A stretch of 64,000 nucleotides of DNA from an uncultured Armatimonadetes bacterium (GTDB taxonomy: Bacteria; Armatimonadota; UBA5829; DTJY01): assembly GCA_937875395.1 (NCBI GenBank), contig CALNCU010000227.1, positions 1,297 through 65,296 on the forward strand, in the 5' to 3' direction. The position numbers and the translations under genes were made by a program. The notes under the pieces were generated by a model. That model was not told the origin of the DNA. It did no database searches and worked only from the letters and a program-made list of their open reading frames with translations. Positions 50,104 through 59,781 of the stretch are shown here, in pieces (position 1 is the first letter of the stretch; every line of letters begins with the position of its first letter).

Positions 50104-51945
50104 CTATTCGGCAAGAATAGGTTCTTTGTATTCTCTGTCATGGAACTGCATTTCATGGAGACGGCTGTAGAGCCCGCCCATTGCAAGCAGTTCTTTGTGG
50201 TTGCCATCCTCTACTATAGATCCACCGTCAAGCACAAGTATCCGGGTTGCATACTGGATTGTGCTTAATCTGTGGGCTATCACAAAAGTGGTTCTGCCCT
50301 GCATCAGCCTTTCAAGCGCCTGCTGAACCAGGTGTTCGCTCTCTGTATCCAGCGCGCTTGTGGCCTCATCAAGAACAAGAATTCTGGGATTTTTAAGCAG
50401 CGCCCTTGCAATTGCTATACGCTGCCGCTGCCCGCCGGAGAGACGTGTTCCGCGTTCCCCAACTACTGTATCAAGGCCGTCCGGCATGCTCTTTATAAAT
50501 TCAAGCGCGTTAGCCGCCCGGGCAGCCTCTATAACCTCTGCATCTGTTGCCCCAAGCTTGCCGGAGCGTATGTTATCTGCTATGGTGCCGCTGAAGAGGA
50601 GGGTCTCTTGCGGCACTATGCCAACTTGCTCTCTAAGCGATAATAACGTTACGCTGCAAAGGTCTTGTCCGTCTATAAGGATGCGCCCTGCCGTGGGGTT
50701 GTAGAACCGGGGAAGCAGGTTTACCAGCGTTGTCTTTCCGGCTCCGCTTGGCCCCACAAGAGCGATTACATCTCCCGGGCTTGCCTCAAAATTTATATTG
50801 GAAAGAACCGTCTTTTCTTCGTCGTCATAGTTGAATGACAGATTCTCAAAGCGGACATGTCCTTTAACGGGGGGCAGAGGCCGGGCATCCGGCACATCTT
50901 TAATGGTGGGCACGGTGTCCAGAAGTTCAAAGATGCGTTCCCCGGCGCCGTTGACTTTCTCTCTCAGCTGGTTCATTCTTGCAAGCCGGGTGAACTTGTT
51001 GCTGGCCTGTTGCGCCTGGAAAAGGAAGAACATGAATGCCGTTGGAAGCATGGCATTGCGAAGTACGGCTACTCCTCCTATAACCACGCCAAAGACCATT
51101 CCCAGAGTGGTTATAAACTCTATCCCCGGAGAGATTGTCTCTGCCACAAGAATCTGCCGCATGGCCTGTTTATAGTACATGCGATTGAGCTTGGCTACGC
51201 GCTTCTCTTCATAATCTTCCAGCGTGAACGATTGGATAACTTTAATCCCGGAGAGGAGCTCTGTAAGATGGCCGTTTAAGTCTCCCAGTTTATCCTGGAT
51301 GGCTATAACCAGTTTTTTTATAATGCGGCCCATCCCTGCAATTATAACGGCAACAAGCGGCGCCATTATAAGCGCTGCAAGGGTAAGCTTCCATGCTATC
51401 GCAAACATGGTTATCAGCGCTATGGTTATGGTGAGCGGGGCCTGTATAGTCTCTGCAAGGGGAGGGCCCAGCGAATCTTGCAGCACCGCCACATCCCATG
51501 TCATGCGTGTAAGAAGGTTTCCGCTTCTCTGCTTCTCAAACTGTGCGGGCGATAGTTTCAGCACATGGGAAAAGAGCGACTGTCGCAGATCCAGCGCTGT
51601 GCGGTATGAAAACTTTTGCATAAGATAAGTCTGCAGAGCTACGCTTGCGCATTTTATGAGGGTTATAGCAACTATTATTATGGAGATTCGTATAAGCAGC
51701 ATCATCTGGTCTGTGGTGCCTATAAGCTGCGTCAGATAGACTCCCACATCATAGTTGCCCACGCGCAGGCTGAGCCCGCGGCTTGCAAAGGATTCCGCCC
51801 CCAGGACAAGAAAGAGCAGGCTTGTATAAAGCACCGGGATGATGGCTGTTTCCAGCACCGTGGTGAGGGTCATAAATCCCAGGCCCAGGCCAAAAAATTT
51901 TCTGTGCGGGTGCGTATATTTTAATAGGCGCTGAAAAACGCTCAT
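50104..51945 (-). CDS. msbA: lipid A / lipid export ABC transporter (fused permease-ATPase, MsbA-like)
   Basis: 6-TM exporter domain plus NBD with GPSGAGKTT, LSGGQRQRIAIARAL, VLDEATSALD. 613 aa. Located within the lipid A gene cluster. Confidence 0.85.
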   Translation of the reverse strand: MSVFQRLLKYTHPHRKFFGLGLGFMTLTTVLETAIIPVLYTSLLFLVLGAESFASRGLSLRVGNYDVGVYLTQLIGTTDQMMLLIRISIIIVAITLIKCASVALQTYLMQKFSYRTALDLRQSLFSHVLKLSPAQFEKQRSGNLLTRMTWDVAVLQDSLGPPLAETIQAPLTITIALITMFAIAWKLTLAALIMAPLVAVIIAGMGRIIKKLVIAIQDKLGDLNGHLTELLSGIKVIQSFTLEDYEEKRVAKLNRMYYKQAMRQILVAETISPGIEFITTLGMVFGVVIGGVAVLRNAMLPTAFMFFLFQAQQASNKFTRLARMNQLREKVNGAGERIFELLDTVPTIKDVPDARPLPPVKGHVRFENLSFNYDDEEKTVLSNINFEASPGDVIALVGPSGAGKTTLVNLLPRFYNPTAGRILIDGQDLCSVTLLSLREQVGIVPQETLLFSGTIADNIRSGKLGATDAEVIEAARAANALEFIKSMPDGLDTVVGERGTRLSGGQRQRIAIARALLKNPRILVLDEATSALDTESEHLVQQALERLMQGRTTFVIAHRLSTIQYATRILVLDGGSIVEDGNHKELLAMGGLYSRLHEMQFHDREYKEPILAE

Positions 51946-52022
51946 GGTATATTAAAACTCCTGGCGCTATTATAGCGCATAGTTGGGTCAGGGGCAATCT
52001 ATGCCTGCTATATAGGGTAGAA

Positions 52023-53141
52023 TCAGCAGGGGATGTTGAACTCTTTTTGCAGGAACTCTGCCATGCGGGCGGATGCTCCCGGCCGGCCCATCCTCTCTAT
52101 GCCTATTCTGCCTCGTCTTTCACGTTCATCAGGGTTTTTAAGGAGCATAGATACCTCTGCCGCTATATCAGCAGGGGAATCTTTTACATAACGTACTGCG
52201 CCGCCAAGCATTCTTTCCTGATCTTTCATCCGTTTTACCGTTGTCTGCGGCCCTGTTCCGGCAAAGGATACCACCGGTTTTCCGCATCCGGCGGCCTGCT
52301 CGTTGGCAGTTCCGGCAAGGCCTATAAGAACGTCGGAGGATGCAACAATATCTTCAAAGCCGTCTTTTACTAATCTTACGGCATTGCGGCCCTTTTTTAG
52401 GACGGCGGATTCCAGCACCCATCCGTTGACTTTTACATATTCTGCCATACGTTCCGGCTCAAGCGAAGGAGCCAGTGCGCACACATAACAGGCACTCTCC
52501 GGAATCCTCTCTAAAGCTGCAAGTATGCGTGCAAAGTTTGCGTATGCCTCATCCCGGCTTCCGGGGAGTATGCCCACCATGGGGCTGTCTCCCAGCTTAA
52601 GGCCGCGTGGCGCAAGCTCATCCATAATGGGATTTCCCAAAAAGAGCGCATCAACGCCGTGCAATTTAAGGGTCTCCGCCGTATGGGCGTCACGAGTAAG
52701 CACCCGGCGCGCAAACTTCTTAAAGAGCCATTCTTCAAGCTTAAAATGCGGGTGGTTAAAATCTGACTTGGGCAGGGAGAGGTGGATTATATTTTTTTTA
52801 AAGGCAAGATACGCCAGAAACAGTAGAAACAGATCTCCCACAACAACCACGCAGTCTATGCAGTCCCTATGGGCTCTTAACGTTTTGTAGTACCGGATGT
52901 GCCTGAATGTATAGGGGATATCTTTAATAAAACCGGCAGCGCTCATGGTGGGGAACCCGCCGGACGGCGGAATTTGCCCCTCCGTAAGTACCGGTATTCC
53001 GTACTTAATATAGTCTCCGCCCACGGTAATCAGCGGCGCGCCGGAGATAGTAATGTCCGGGCACCTACCCATAAGGGCTTTGGCTATGGCGGCAGCCGAT
53101 CTATCTTCTCCATAACCGTTGCTTAGAAAACAGATGTGCAA
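52023..53141 (-). CDS. GT19-like glycosyltransferase, LpxB-related paralog
   Basis: GILPGSRDEAY and overall GT-B layout resemble LpxB, but the N-terminal GE-SGD motif is degenerate. TTG start with GGGAG RBS. Confidence 0.55.
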   Translation of the reverse strand: MHICFLSNGYGEDRSAAAIAKALMGRCPDITISGAPLITVGGDYIKYGIPVLTEGQIPPSGGFPTMSAAGFIKDIPYTFRHIRYYKTLRAHRDCIDCVVVVGDLFLLFLAYLAFKKNIIHLSLPKSDFNHPHFKLEEWLFKKFARRVLTRDAHTAETLKLHGVDALFLGNPIMDELAPRGLKLGDSPMVGILPGSRDEAYANFARILAALERIPESACYVCALAPSLEPERMAEYVKVNGWVLESAVLKKGRNAVRLVKDGFEDIVASSDVLIGLAGTANEQAAGCGKPVVSFAGTGPQTTVKRMKDQERMLGGAVRYVKDSPADIAAEVSMLLKNPDERERRGRIGIERMGRPGASARMAEFLQKEFNIPC

Positions 53142-53227
53142 CTTGATGCTCCCGTTTTGCCCCGCAGTTCTAACTGTGGGAATACACTCACTACTAGTGG
53201 CATGTAAACTTGAATTTGTCCCGGTAC

Positions 53228-53266
53228 CTTCGGCAGTGGCGCCTTCGGCTCTGCGACCGAAGTATC
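53228..53266. repeat. REP-like element, copy C (subtype 2)
   Basis: cttcggcagtggcgccttcggctctgcgaccgaagtatc, between the two GT19 paralogs. 2 mismatches to reverse-complemented copy F. Confidence 0.6.
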
Positions 53267-53333
53267 ACCCTCCGTAATTAATTTATCAAGCCACTATTGT
53301 GTTAATAAAAGATTATTGCCACAAATTTAAATT

Positions 53334-54527
53334 TTAATCGGCAAGGAGCGCTTCTGCAATAATGCCTGCTGCTCCTCTTTGCCTGGTAATCTCTGCCAGT
53401 TCGTGCGCAATATGCTCCCGCCTGCCGGAATTTGCCAGAAGATCTGCCGCTGCCGTTGCTACTCCGGCGGGGCGGAGGATTCCGCGCATCTCTGGCACTA
53501 TCTCTCGTCCGGCAATCATGTTGGGCAGAGAGACACACTTTACCTTCCTGTTCATGGCAAGGAACAGATTCCGTTTGATTAATCCCAGCGGGTAGACCTT
53601 TGGGAAGATGAACTCGGCCAGCCCGTCAAGGGGGATATATTCTGCCTTGTTGAGCGGCACCACAACAAGCATGGGCACATGCATTCCGGCTATCTGAAGG
53701 TTGTTTGTGCCGGGAATGGTTACAGCAAGGCTTGAGACGGATATGACTTCATGCTGGTTCTGGTACACTATTCTTACACGGCAGCCGGATTTGGCCAGGA
53801 TATCGCAAAAGCCATCGCCGGTCTCTATCTTAAAACCTTCCTTTTGCAAGAATTTAAGTATATGCGCACGGTCTGCAAAGGGTGAGAGCGCCACCACGGG
53901 ATATATCTCCGGGCGCATCTCCCAAAGCTTATTGGCCGAATGCAGCAGAAACGGGAGCATATATTCTATGTATGCAGGGCGGCTTCCCGGCAGAAATGTT
54001 ACCACGGTGGATTCCCGGCCGGAGCCTGTGAGCCGCCGGAGAATCTCCTCCCTGCCTGAGTTTATTTGAATACTGTCCAGACCCAGATGCCCCGCAACTG
54101 TAAGCTGATGGGGCAGGGCGCCTCTTTTTATGGATTCCTCCCGGGTGCGTTCGTCCGGGAGGAAGAACATGCTAAACTCCTTCACCCGGCGAACCTTGGA
54201 TACATACCCAAAGAGGGGGGCGCGCATCTTTTTTGCAATAAGCGCCGCATAAAACGTATCGCCGCCTAGAAAGAGCACCCTGTGCGGCTCTGCACATGAG
54301 GTTTTTTTATGCAGGTAAAGGTTTGAAAGCAGGCTTTTAACAGTTGTTACCCCGTCTATGCCGGGCTGCTTCTGCGCAAACTCTGCCTCCATGCCGCTTG
54401 CATACTGGCATGGGGTGATAACAAGGGTTACCCGCACGGATGCGTTGCGGGCTTTTAGCTCCCTTACAACGGGGGATACCCAGCCGGAGAGTTCTCCGGG
54501 CGAATTTGCGGTGATAAATACTTGCAT
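53334..54527 (-). CDS. lpxB: lipid-A-disaccharide synthase (GT19)
   Basis: N-terminal VFITANSPGELSGW (LpxB A-GE-SGD-like), LPGSRPAYIEYMLPF, NMIAGREIVPE. 397 aa. Confidence 0.75.
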   Translation of the reverse strand: MQVFITANSPGELSGWVSPVVRELKARNASVRVTLVITPCQYASGMEAEFAQKQPGIDGVTTVKSLLSNLYLHKKTSCAEPHRVLFLGGDTFYAALIAKKMRAPLFGYVSKVRRVKEFSMFFLPDERTREESIKRGALPHQLTVAGHLGLDSIQINSGREEILRRLTGSGRESTVVTFLPGSRPAYIEYMLPFLLHSANKLWEMRPEIYPVVALSPFADRAHILKFLQKEGFKIETGDGFCDILAKSGCRVRIVYQNQHEVISVSSLAVTIPGTNNLQIAGMHVPMLVVVPLNKAEYIPLDGLAEFIFPKVYPLGLIKRNLFLAMNRKVKCVSLPNMIAGREIVPEMRGILRPAGVATAAADLLANSGRREHIAHELAEITRQRGAAGIIAEALLAD

Positions 54528-54563
54528 CTATTTACACGGAAGCCGCCTGCATATCCTGTAAAA

Positions 54564-55472
54564 TTAACGGGTTATGCCAAGCCCCTTCCTTAAACCCTCT
54601 GCGTGTGCATGTATAAGATAGAACTTTTTAAGCATGGGAGGCCAGGCGGGCAGCCTGCCGCCGGATGAGCTTATGTACTCTTCATTAAGGTAACGGCGGA
54701 CCCAGCCCATTCTTTCAAATAGTCTATCATACTTGAGGTACCGGAGTCTAACCATCCTCTTTGCCATAGCGGATGGATGCTTGCAGAAGAACTTTCCGGC
54801 ATACTCCGCCCGCTCTTTTCTAAATGCAGCCTGGCTTTGCAGCGAGTACTTTCCAACTTTGCAGTGGAGGACGTATGCCCGCCTGTTTTTTATGCGTTTC
54901 AGGCCGGATTCCATCAGGCGCGTGCCAAGTTCCACATCCTCCCATGCCCATACAAACTCTTCATCAAAGCCGCCTGCGCTCTCAAGGCTTTTCCTTGGGC
55001 ATGATGCGTTTGCGGTTATAAAATACACTCCTCCAAAATCCAGGAATGCCATGGTTTTAATATCCCAGCGCAAGAACGGAGGGGCCTGTATATCTTCCTT
55101 GCGGGTCAGGTTTATTATTGGGCCGTCCATAATAATGCCGGGGTTGGTTTTGTGGGTTTCAACATGTTCCCGTATATACCAGGGCGGGGCAAAGGCATCG
55201 CTGTCTATAAATATTACAATCTCTCCCGCGGCCTCTGTAATTGCCTTGTTCCGTGCTATGCTCGGCCCCAGGGTTTTGGTGTTTGCAATATAGGCAAGGC
55301 GGCAGGGAGGGTTTAGATTGCGGATCATCTCTGCCGTGCCGTCCGTTGAGCAATCATCCACAATCACTATTTCGTACTTGTCTTTGGGATAGTCCTGTTC
55401 AAAAAGATGCTCAAGGCATTTTTTAAGAAGGGCCTCTCTGTTATATGTGGCGATGACTACAGTTGCATCCAT
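54564..55472 (-). CDS. family 2 glycosyltransferase
   Basis: ATVVIATYNREALL...VDDCSTDGT...FIDSDA. ATG at 55472 with AAAGGAG RBS. The ORF-track N-extension was rejected. Confidence 0.75.
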   Translation of the reverse strand: MDATVVIATYNREALLKKCLEHLFEQDYPKDKYEIVIVDDCSTDGTAEMIRNLNPPCRLAYIANTKTLGPSIARNKAITEAAGEIVIFIDSDAFAPPWYIREHVETHKTNPGIIMDGPIINLTRKEDIQAPPFLRWDIKTMAFLDFGGVYFITANASCPRKSLESAGGFDEEFVWAWEDVELGTRLMESGLKRIKNRRAYVLHCKVGKYSLQSQAAFRKERAEYAGKFFCKHPSAMAKRMVRLRYLKYDRLFERMGWVRRYLNEEYISSSGGRLPAWPPMLKKFYLIHAHAEGLRKGLGITR

Positions 55473-55489
55473 CCGCCGTTGTACTCCTT

Positions 55490-56536
55490 TTAAGTTCTTT
55501 GTTCGGCCAGTTCCCGGGCTGCGCGGGCTACCTGGTTTTCGTCTATGGCAAGAAGGCATTTAAAGTAGCGGCAGTTCCCTTTTATGCAGGTATTGGTGCA
55601 GCCGGAATTTTCAACCCGTATCACCCTGCTTGGCACGCCGTAGGGCTTCCACCGGTTGGGGAAATCCTCTTTCAGGGCAAAGATAGATACCACCGGCACC
55701 CCCACCGCTGCCGCTATGTGCCCAGGCCCGGAATCCGGGCAGATAAGCACATCCATGGCGGAGATTACCCCGGCCAGCTGACGGAGCCCGGTCTTTCCGG
55801 CAATATTTAAAACTCCTCCGCCAATCTCTTCTTCTACCTTTGCGGCAAGTTCAACCTCTTTGGGGCCGCCCATAATCACCAGCCTGTACCCCGGCCAGCC
55901 GCAGATAATCTTTCCAGCGGCGGCAAATTTATCTGTAGGCCAAATCTGCGGATTAATATTCATGCCCTTGCCCAGGTGCATCCCTACTACTTTCTCACCG
56001 GGCTTAATTCCAAGCTCTTTTAAGAATTCTTTCCCGCCTGCCTTTTCTTCTGCCGTAAGCCAGATTCCGGGCAGGACTTCCGGGATGGAGAGCCCCAGGA
56101 TGCGGGCATAATCCAACTGGCAGTCTACCCAGTGGCTGGTTGTATCTCCATGCAGAGAGCGCACCCGCACGGCATGCGTAAACAGAAAACTGTATGTAAT
56201 TCGCTCTGCCTGCCCAACCCTTACGGGGATGCCGGCAAGCGCGCAAATCCATGCCTGCGCAGAAGTGCTCCAGGGCATAACCGCCAGATCAAACCGCCCG
56301 CGCCTTACAAGACTAAGCTTGCGTGCAAAGGAGGCGTCTGCGCCTGGTTCCAAAAAGCCGTCTGCAAAGGGGTTGTTTTCCATAACCGGGCGCATGGCAG
56401 GGTTGATCCAGCAGGTTACAGAGCAATTGGGATAACACTTCTTAAAGGTTTCCATAAGCGTGGATGTAAGCAGAAGATCTCCTACGCCGCCCCTGGTAAG
56501 CACAAAGAGAATTCTCTGTATCTGTGGTGATTTCAC
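55490..56536 (-). CDS. family 9 glycosyltransferase (heptosyltransferase-like)
   Basis: RILFVLTRGGVGDLLLTS N-terminus and CPDSGPGHIAAAVGVPVVSIF C-terminal GT9 motif. GTG start. Confidence 0.75.
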   Translation of the reverse strand: MKSPQIQRILFVLTRGGVGDLLLTSTLMETFKKCYPNCSVTCWINPAMRPVMENNPFADGFLEPGADASFARKLSLVRRGRFDLAVMPWSTSAQAWICALAGIPVRVGQAERITYSFLFTHAVRVRSLHGDTTSHWVDCQLDYARILGLSIPEVLPGIWLTAEEKAGGKEFLKELGIKPGEKVVGMHLGKGMNINPQIWPTDKFAAAGKIICGWPGYRLVIMGGPKEVELAAKVEEEIGGGVLNIAGKTGLRQLAGVISAMDVLICPDSGPGHIAAAVGVPVVSIFALKEDFPNRWKPYGVPSRVIRVENSGCTNTCIKGNCRYFKCLLAIDENQVARAARELAEQRT

Positions 56537-56601
56537 TTATATGGTACTCTCCTGCGCGCAAGCCGGGTTTAACGGTTTAATCTGGTTGTATGCAAAGAGC
56601 A

Positions 56602-58173
56602 TTAACGTGCCCTGGAGGCCTTTCTATCAATCTTTCCTATAAGCCATTCTTTTTCATCAAAGCAGACTTTAAGCTTTATTCCGTGTTCTGCCAGTATTTT
56701 GGCATCATTTGGAGAGACTACCAGCGCGTAGTTGTCTGCACGCTTTGGAATTATCTTCATAAACTCTTTTAAATCACGGGCGACAACCATGTTGGGCCTG
56801 GAGTAGAAGAAGAGTCCGTACTCGCAGCGTATGCCATTAATAGTATACACAGGCCCCCCATCTGCAACCATGGCGGCATCTATTGCCGTCTGTTTTGGTG
56901 AGAAATACCGGTGCACCTTGGTGTACTCGTTAGGGAATAGGCAGAGCGTTGCCCCAAGCATAACCGCCATCACCGCCGGGCCCAGCCGGCTGTTTTTTAT
57001 GAGAGCCGCACCTGCAATGGAGTAGGCAACCAGTATTACTCCGGCAACCCATAAGGGATTTATGGCAGAGAGAACATGATTGGCGGCAGTGGCAGATTTT
57101 AAGCAGAAGAACGATGCAATCGCCGCCGCAATACCTATGGAAACTGTTGCAATCCCCTGAATCTTGCGGCTCTTTGCTTCTGTTACGGATGCGGCAATAA
57201 GTATGGCAAAAGCGGGGAGCATGGGAACTATGTAGTTGGGCAGCTTGGTCTTTGCTATGGAAAAAAGCACAAGCGGCGGAAGAATCCAGAGCCAGAGCAG
57301 GCGCCCCGCATCCCCCCTGTCCTTTATAAAAGATTTAGGCCACAGCAGCACCCACGGGAAGAATCCGGCGGCAATTATTACCAGATAGAAATACCAGGGG
57401 CCCTGGTGGTTGCAGACTGCCGTGGTGAGCCGCGCATACGTGTTTGTAGAGAGCGTAGGCTCAAGGAAGAGCGCGCCGTGGCGTTGAGCCTCTATAATAA
57501 ACCAGGGCATTACAACCGCGGCCCAGAGGAGTGCAGATATATATATTACCGGGTTAAGGAGCCTTTTGCGGTCGCTCCCGGTTATGGCGTACAGGAAGCA
57601 GACCATACAGGGCAACACAAGCCCCCACAGCCCTTTGTTCAGGGTGGCAAATCCGGCGGAGAGCCAGAATACAGGGTACAGGCGCCAGTCCTTCTTCTCC
57701 CACGCAACTATAAAGGCAAAGATTGCAAGCGTAACAAAAAAGGCCAGCGTGGCATCAAGGATTGCCAGCTTGCCCGTTGCAAAGAAGATAGGCGACGATG
57801 CAAGTATAAACCCTGCCACAATTCCGGTCCGCCTGTTAAAGAGCCGGGCGCCGAACGCCGCAGAAAGGTAGACCAGCCCAAATCCAAAGATTAGGGAGTT
57901 CAGCCGGGCGGAAACTTCAGATATCCCAAAAAGCTTAAAGCAGGCCGCCTGAATCCACATGCTGAGCGGCGCATGGATGAACCACGGTTCGTTGTGCCAG
58001 TAGAGCGTCCACCAGTCTTTGCGTCCAAGAAGCTCCTTTGCTACCTGGGAATAGAGCGCTTCGTCATTATCCGTGAGGGGATAGCCGCCCATCTTGAAGG
58101 CCAGCACCAGCAGCGTGAATACTCCAAGCGCCGCCCAGGGCAGATATTTATTTACCGATTCTGTTTTTTGCAT
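56602..58173 (-). CDS. GT83-family (ArnT/PMT_2-like) polyprenyl-phosphate-sugar-dependent glycosyltransferase
   Basis: PLTDNDEALYSQVAKELL...W...PLSMW periplasmic-loop motif of the ArnT/PMT_2 family plus ~12 TM helices. ATG at 58173; the 58200 codon is TTG. Confidence 0.75.
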   Translation of the reverse strand: MQKTESVNKYLPWAALGVFTLLVLAFKMGGYPLTDNDEALYSQVAKELLGRKDWWTLYWHNEPWFIHAPLSMWIQAACFKLFGISEVSARLNSLIFGFGLVYLSAAFGARLFNRRTGIVAGFILASSPIFFATGKLAILDATLAFFVTLAIFAFIVAWEKKDWRLYPVFWLSAGFATLNKGLWGLVLPCMVCFLYAITGSDRKRLLNPVIYISALLWAAVVMPWFIIEAQRHGALFLEPTLSTNTYARLTTAVCNHQGPWYFYLVIIAAGFFPWVLLWPKSFIKDRGDAGRLLWLWILPPLVLFSIAKTKLPNYIVPMLPAFAILIAASVTEAKSRKIQGIATVSIGIAAAIASFFCLKSATAANHVLSAINPLWVAGVILVAYSIAGAALIKNSRLGPAVMAVMLGATLCLFPNEYTKVHRYFSPKQTAIDAAMVADGGPVYTINGIRCEYGLFFYSRPNMVVARDLKEFMKIIPKRADNYALVVSPNDAKILAEHGIKLKVCFDEKEWLIGKIDRKASRAR

Positions 58174-58885
58174 TATTGTTGCCTTTAACCGAAAGCACAA
58201 GCTTTATGGGCATGGACATTGCTTCCAGTATCTTTTTAATAGACATTTTGCTTCTTCCTACCTGGCGGTCTGTAAAGACTGTGGAGACTTCTCCCAGCCG
58301 TGCCCCCTTCTTAAAGAGCCTGTATACAGATTCCGTCTGGAAGGCAAAACCCTGTGATATTATAGCATCCATATCAAGGTGTTTCAGGCAGTCCACTCTG
58401 TACGCCTTAAACCCGGCCATGGGATCTGTTAAGGGCAGGCCGGTTATTATGCGCACGTACATGCTGGAAATTCTGCTTAATATAAGCCTTCTGAGCGGCC
58501 AGTTGACTATAGTCGCCCGCCTGCCGGTGTATCTTGACCCAATTACAATATCTGCCTTATCCAGGGCGGCAATAAGCCTTGGAACATCGTCCGGGTTGTG
58601 CGACAGGTCTGCATCCATGCATACAAGAGCTTCGTAGCCGTTATCCATGGCGTACCGGAAGCCGTCCATATATGAGCCGGAGAAACTGCGCTTTCCTTCT
58701 CTCTCAAGCAGACGCACGCACGGGTCGCGTTGAGCTATGCCGCGCACTATCTCTGCCGTTTTATCCGGGGATGAATCATCTACTACAAGAATATCCGGCG
58801 GAGAGGGTAGATCCCGCAGCCGGGCTATAAGTTTTGCAATGTTATCTTCTTCATTAAGGGTGGGAACAACTATTAAACTCTTCAA
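58148..58885 (-). CDS. polyprenyl-phosphate sugar synthase-type GT2 (ArnC/Dpm1-like)
   Basis: LIVVPTLNEEDNI...VVDDSSPD...DADLSHNPDD...GSRY motifs of dolichyl/undecaprenyl-phosphate glycosyltransferases. TTG start. Confidence 0.8.
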   Translation of the reverse strand: MKSLIVVPTLNEEDNIAKLIARLRDLPSPPDILVVDDSSPDKTAEIVRGIAQRDPCVRLLEREGKRSFSGSYMDGFRYAMDNGYEALVCMDADLSHNPDDVPRLIAALDKADIVIGSRYTGRRATIVNWPLRRLILSRISSMYVRIITGLPLTDPMAGFKAYRVDCLKHLDMDAIISQGFAFQTESVYRLFKKGARLGEVSTVFTDRQVGRSKMSIKKILEAMSMPIKLVLSVKGNNNAKNRIGK

Positions 58886-58957
58886 TTTGTTTTTTTAAGG
58901 GCCGGATTTCGCGTGGGAAGCGCAGCCCGAATCTCCTTCTTAATCTACTGCAGAATA

Positions 58958-59584
58958 CTATTGCCGGTTAAGGGTTTTAGCTGCTTCTGCGGCTGTTGAT
59001 TCTTGCCGCCCGGGTCCACCGGCCGGGCTGCGTGGCTGCTTTGAAAACATGTTTACCAACAGATATGCCGTTAAAAGCCCAAATACGGCTCCCGCAGCTA
59101 CCTGAAACGGGTAGTGCGCATTAGCCTGCACTCTGGACCATGCTATGGCGCCGGCCCATGTGTACCATATAACAGTGGCTTTTGAAAACCGCAGTGACAG
59201 CAAAAATGCAAGCGCAATGGCACCTGCAGTATGCCCGCTTGGGAAGCCTTCGCCTCCGCCGCAAGGGCGCATGGCAATAGCCCCAAGGTCAAAGTGTTTA
59301 ATTAACTGGACAAAAAAGGTAACAATAATAAGTACTGTAAAAGCCAGCATCAGGTTACGCCAGTTTTTTATTGCTATTGCAGCAATTATAAGCGCCAGGT
59401 ATCCGCAGACCAGAAACAGCACGTTTCCCGTATCGCTCATGAAATGTGCAAAGTCCAGCACATGGCCCTTGGGGAATTTTGATAAGAAAAAGGCGGAGGA
59501 GATAATTACTGACAGGGCGATAGCCCCGCAATAGAGTGGATTCAGCCTATGTGCGCCTTTAAAACGATAATTCTGCAAGTTCAT
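58958..59584 (-). CDS. PAP2-family membrane phosphatase (candidate lipid A phosphatase LpxE/LpxF-like)
   Basis: PSGHTAGA and SRVQANAHYPFQVAAGAVFG acid-phosphatase motifs with 5-6 TM helices. Located in the lipid A locus. Confidence 0.75.
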   Translation of the reverse strand: MNLQNYRFKGAHRLNPLYCGAIALSVIISSAFFLSKFPKGHVLDFAHFMSDTGNVLFLVCGYLALIIAAIAIKNWRNLMLAFTVLIIVTFFVQLIKHFDLGAIAMRPCGGGEGFPSGHTAGAIALAFLLSLRFSKATVIWYTWAGAIAWSRVQANAHYPFQVAAGAVFGLLTAYLLVNMFSKQPRSPAGGPGRQESTAAEAAKTLNRQ

Positions 59585-59781
59585 CTGTCGCTCCTGTGGA
59601 CTGCTGCAAGGGACCGGATTTATAGCATAATAAGCGCAGAGCCTTCCTGTTATTCCCGGGATGATAAAGATTGCAGAGCTTATACAGTATACTCTTAAAC
59701 GGTGCTTAATGCAAGCAAAAAGTGGTCTGCCGCAGGTGAGCCCGGCACCGGTTGCCGGTGTAGTCGGAGGTGTTTATTCTT

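Noticed and set aside
58174-58200. ORF-track starts that are TTG or GTG shown as M (for example ArnT-like at 58200, GT2 at 50207 and 55559, Gfo at 40741, DHS-like at 62489)
   Set aside because: These are upstream in-frame extensions that overlap neighbouring genes or lack an RBS. Downstream ATG codons with RBS-like sequences and conserved N-terminal motifs were preferred.
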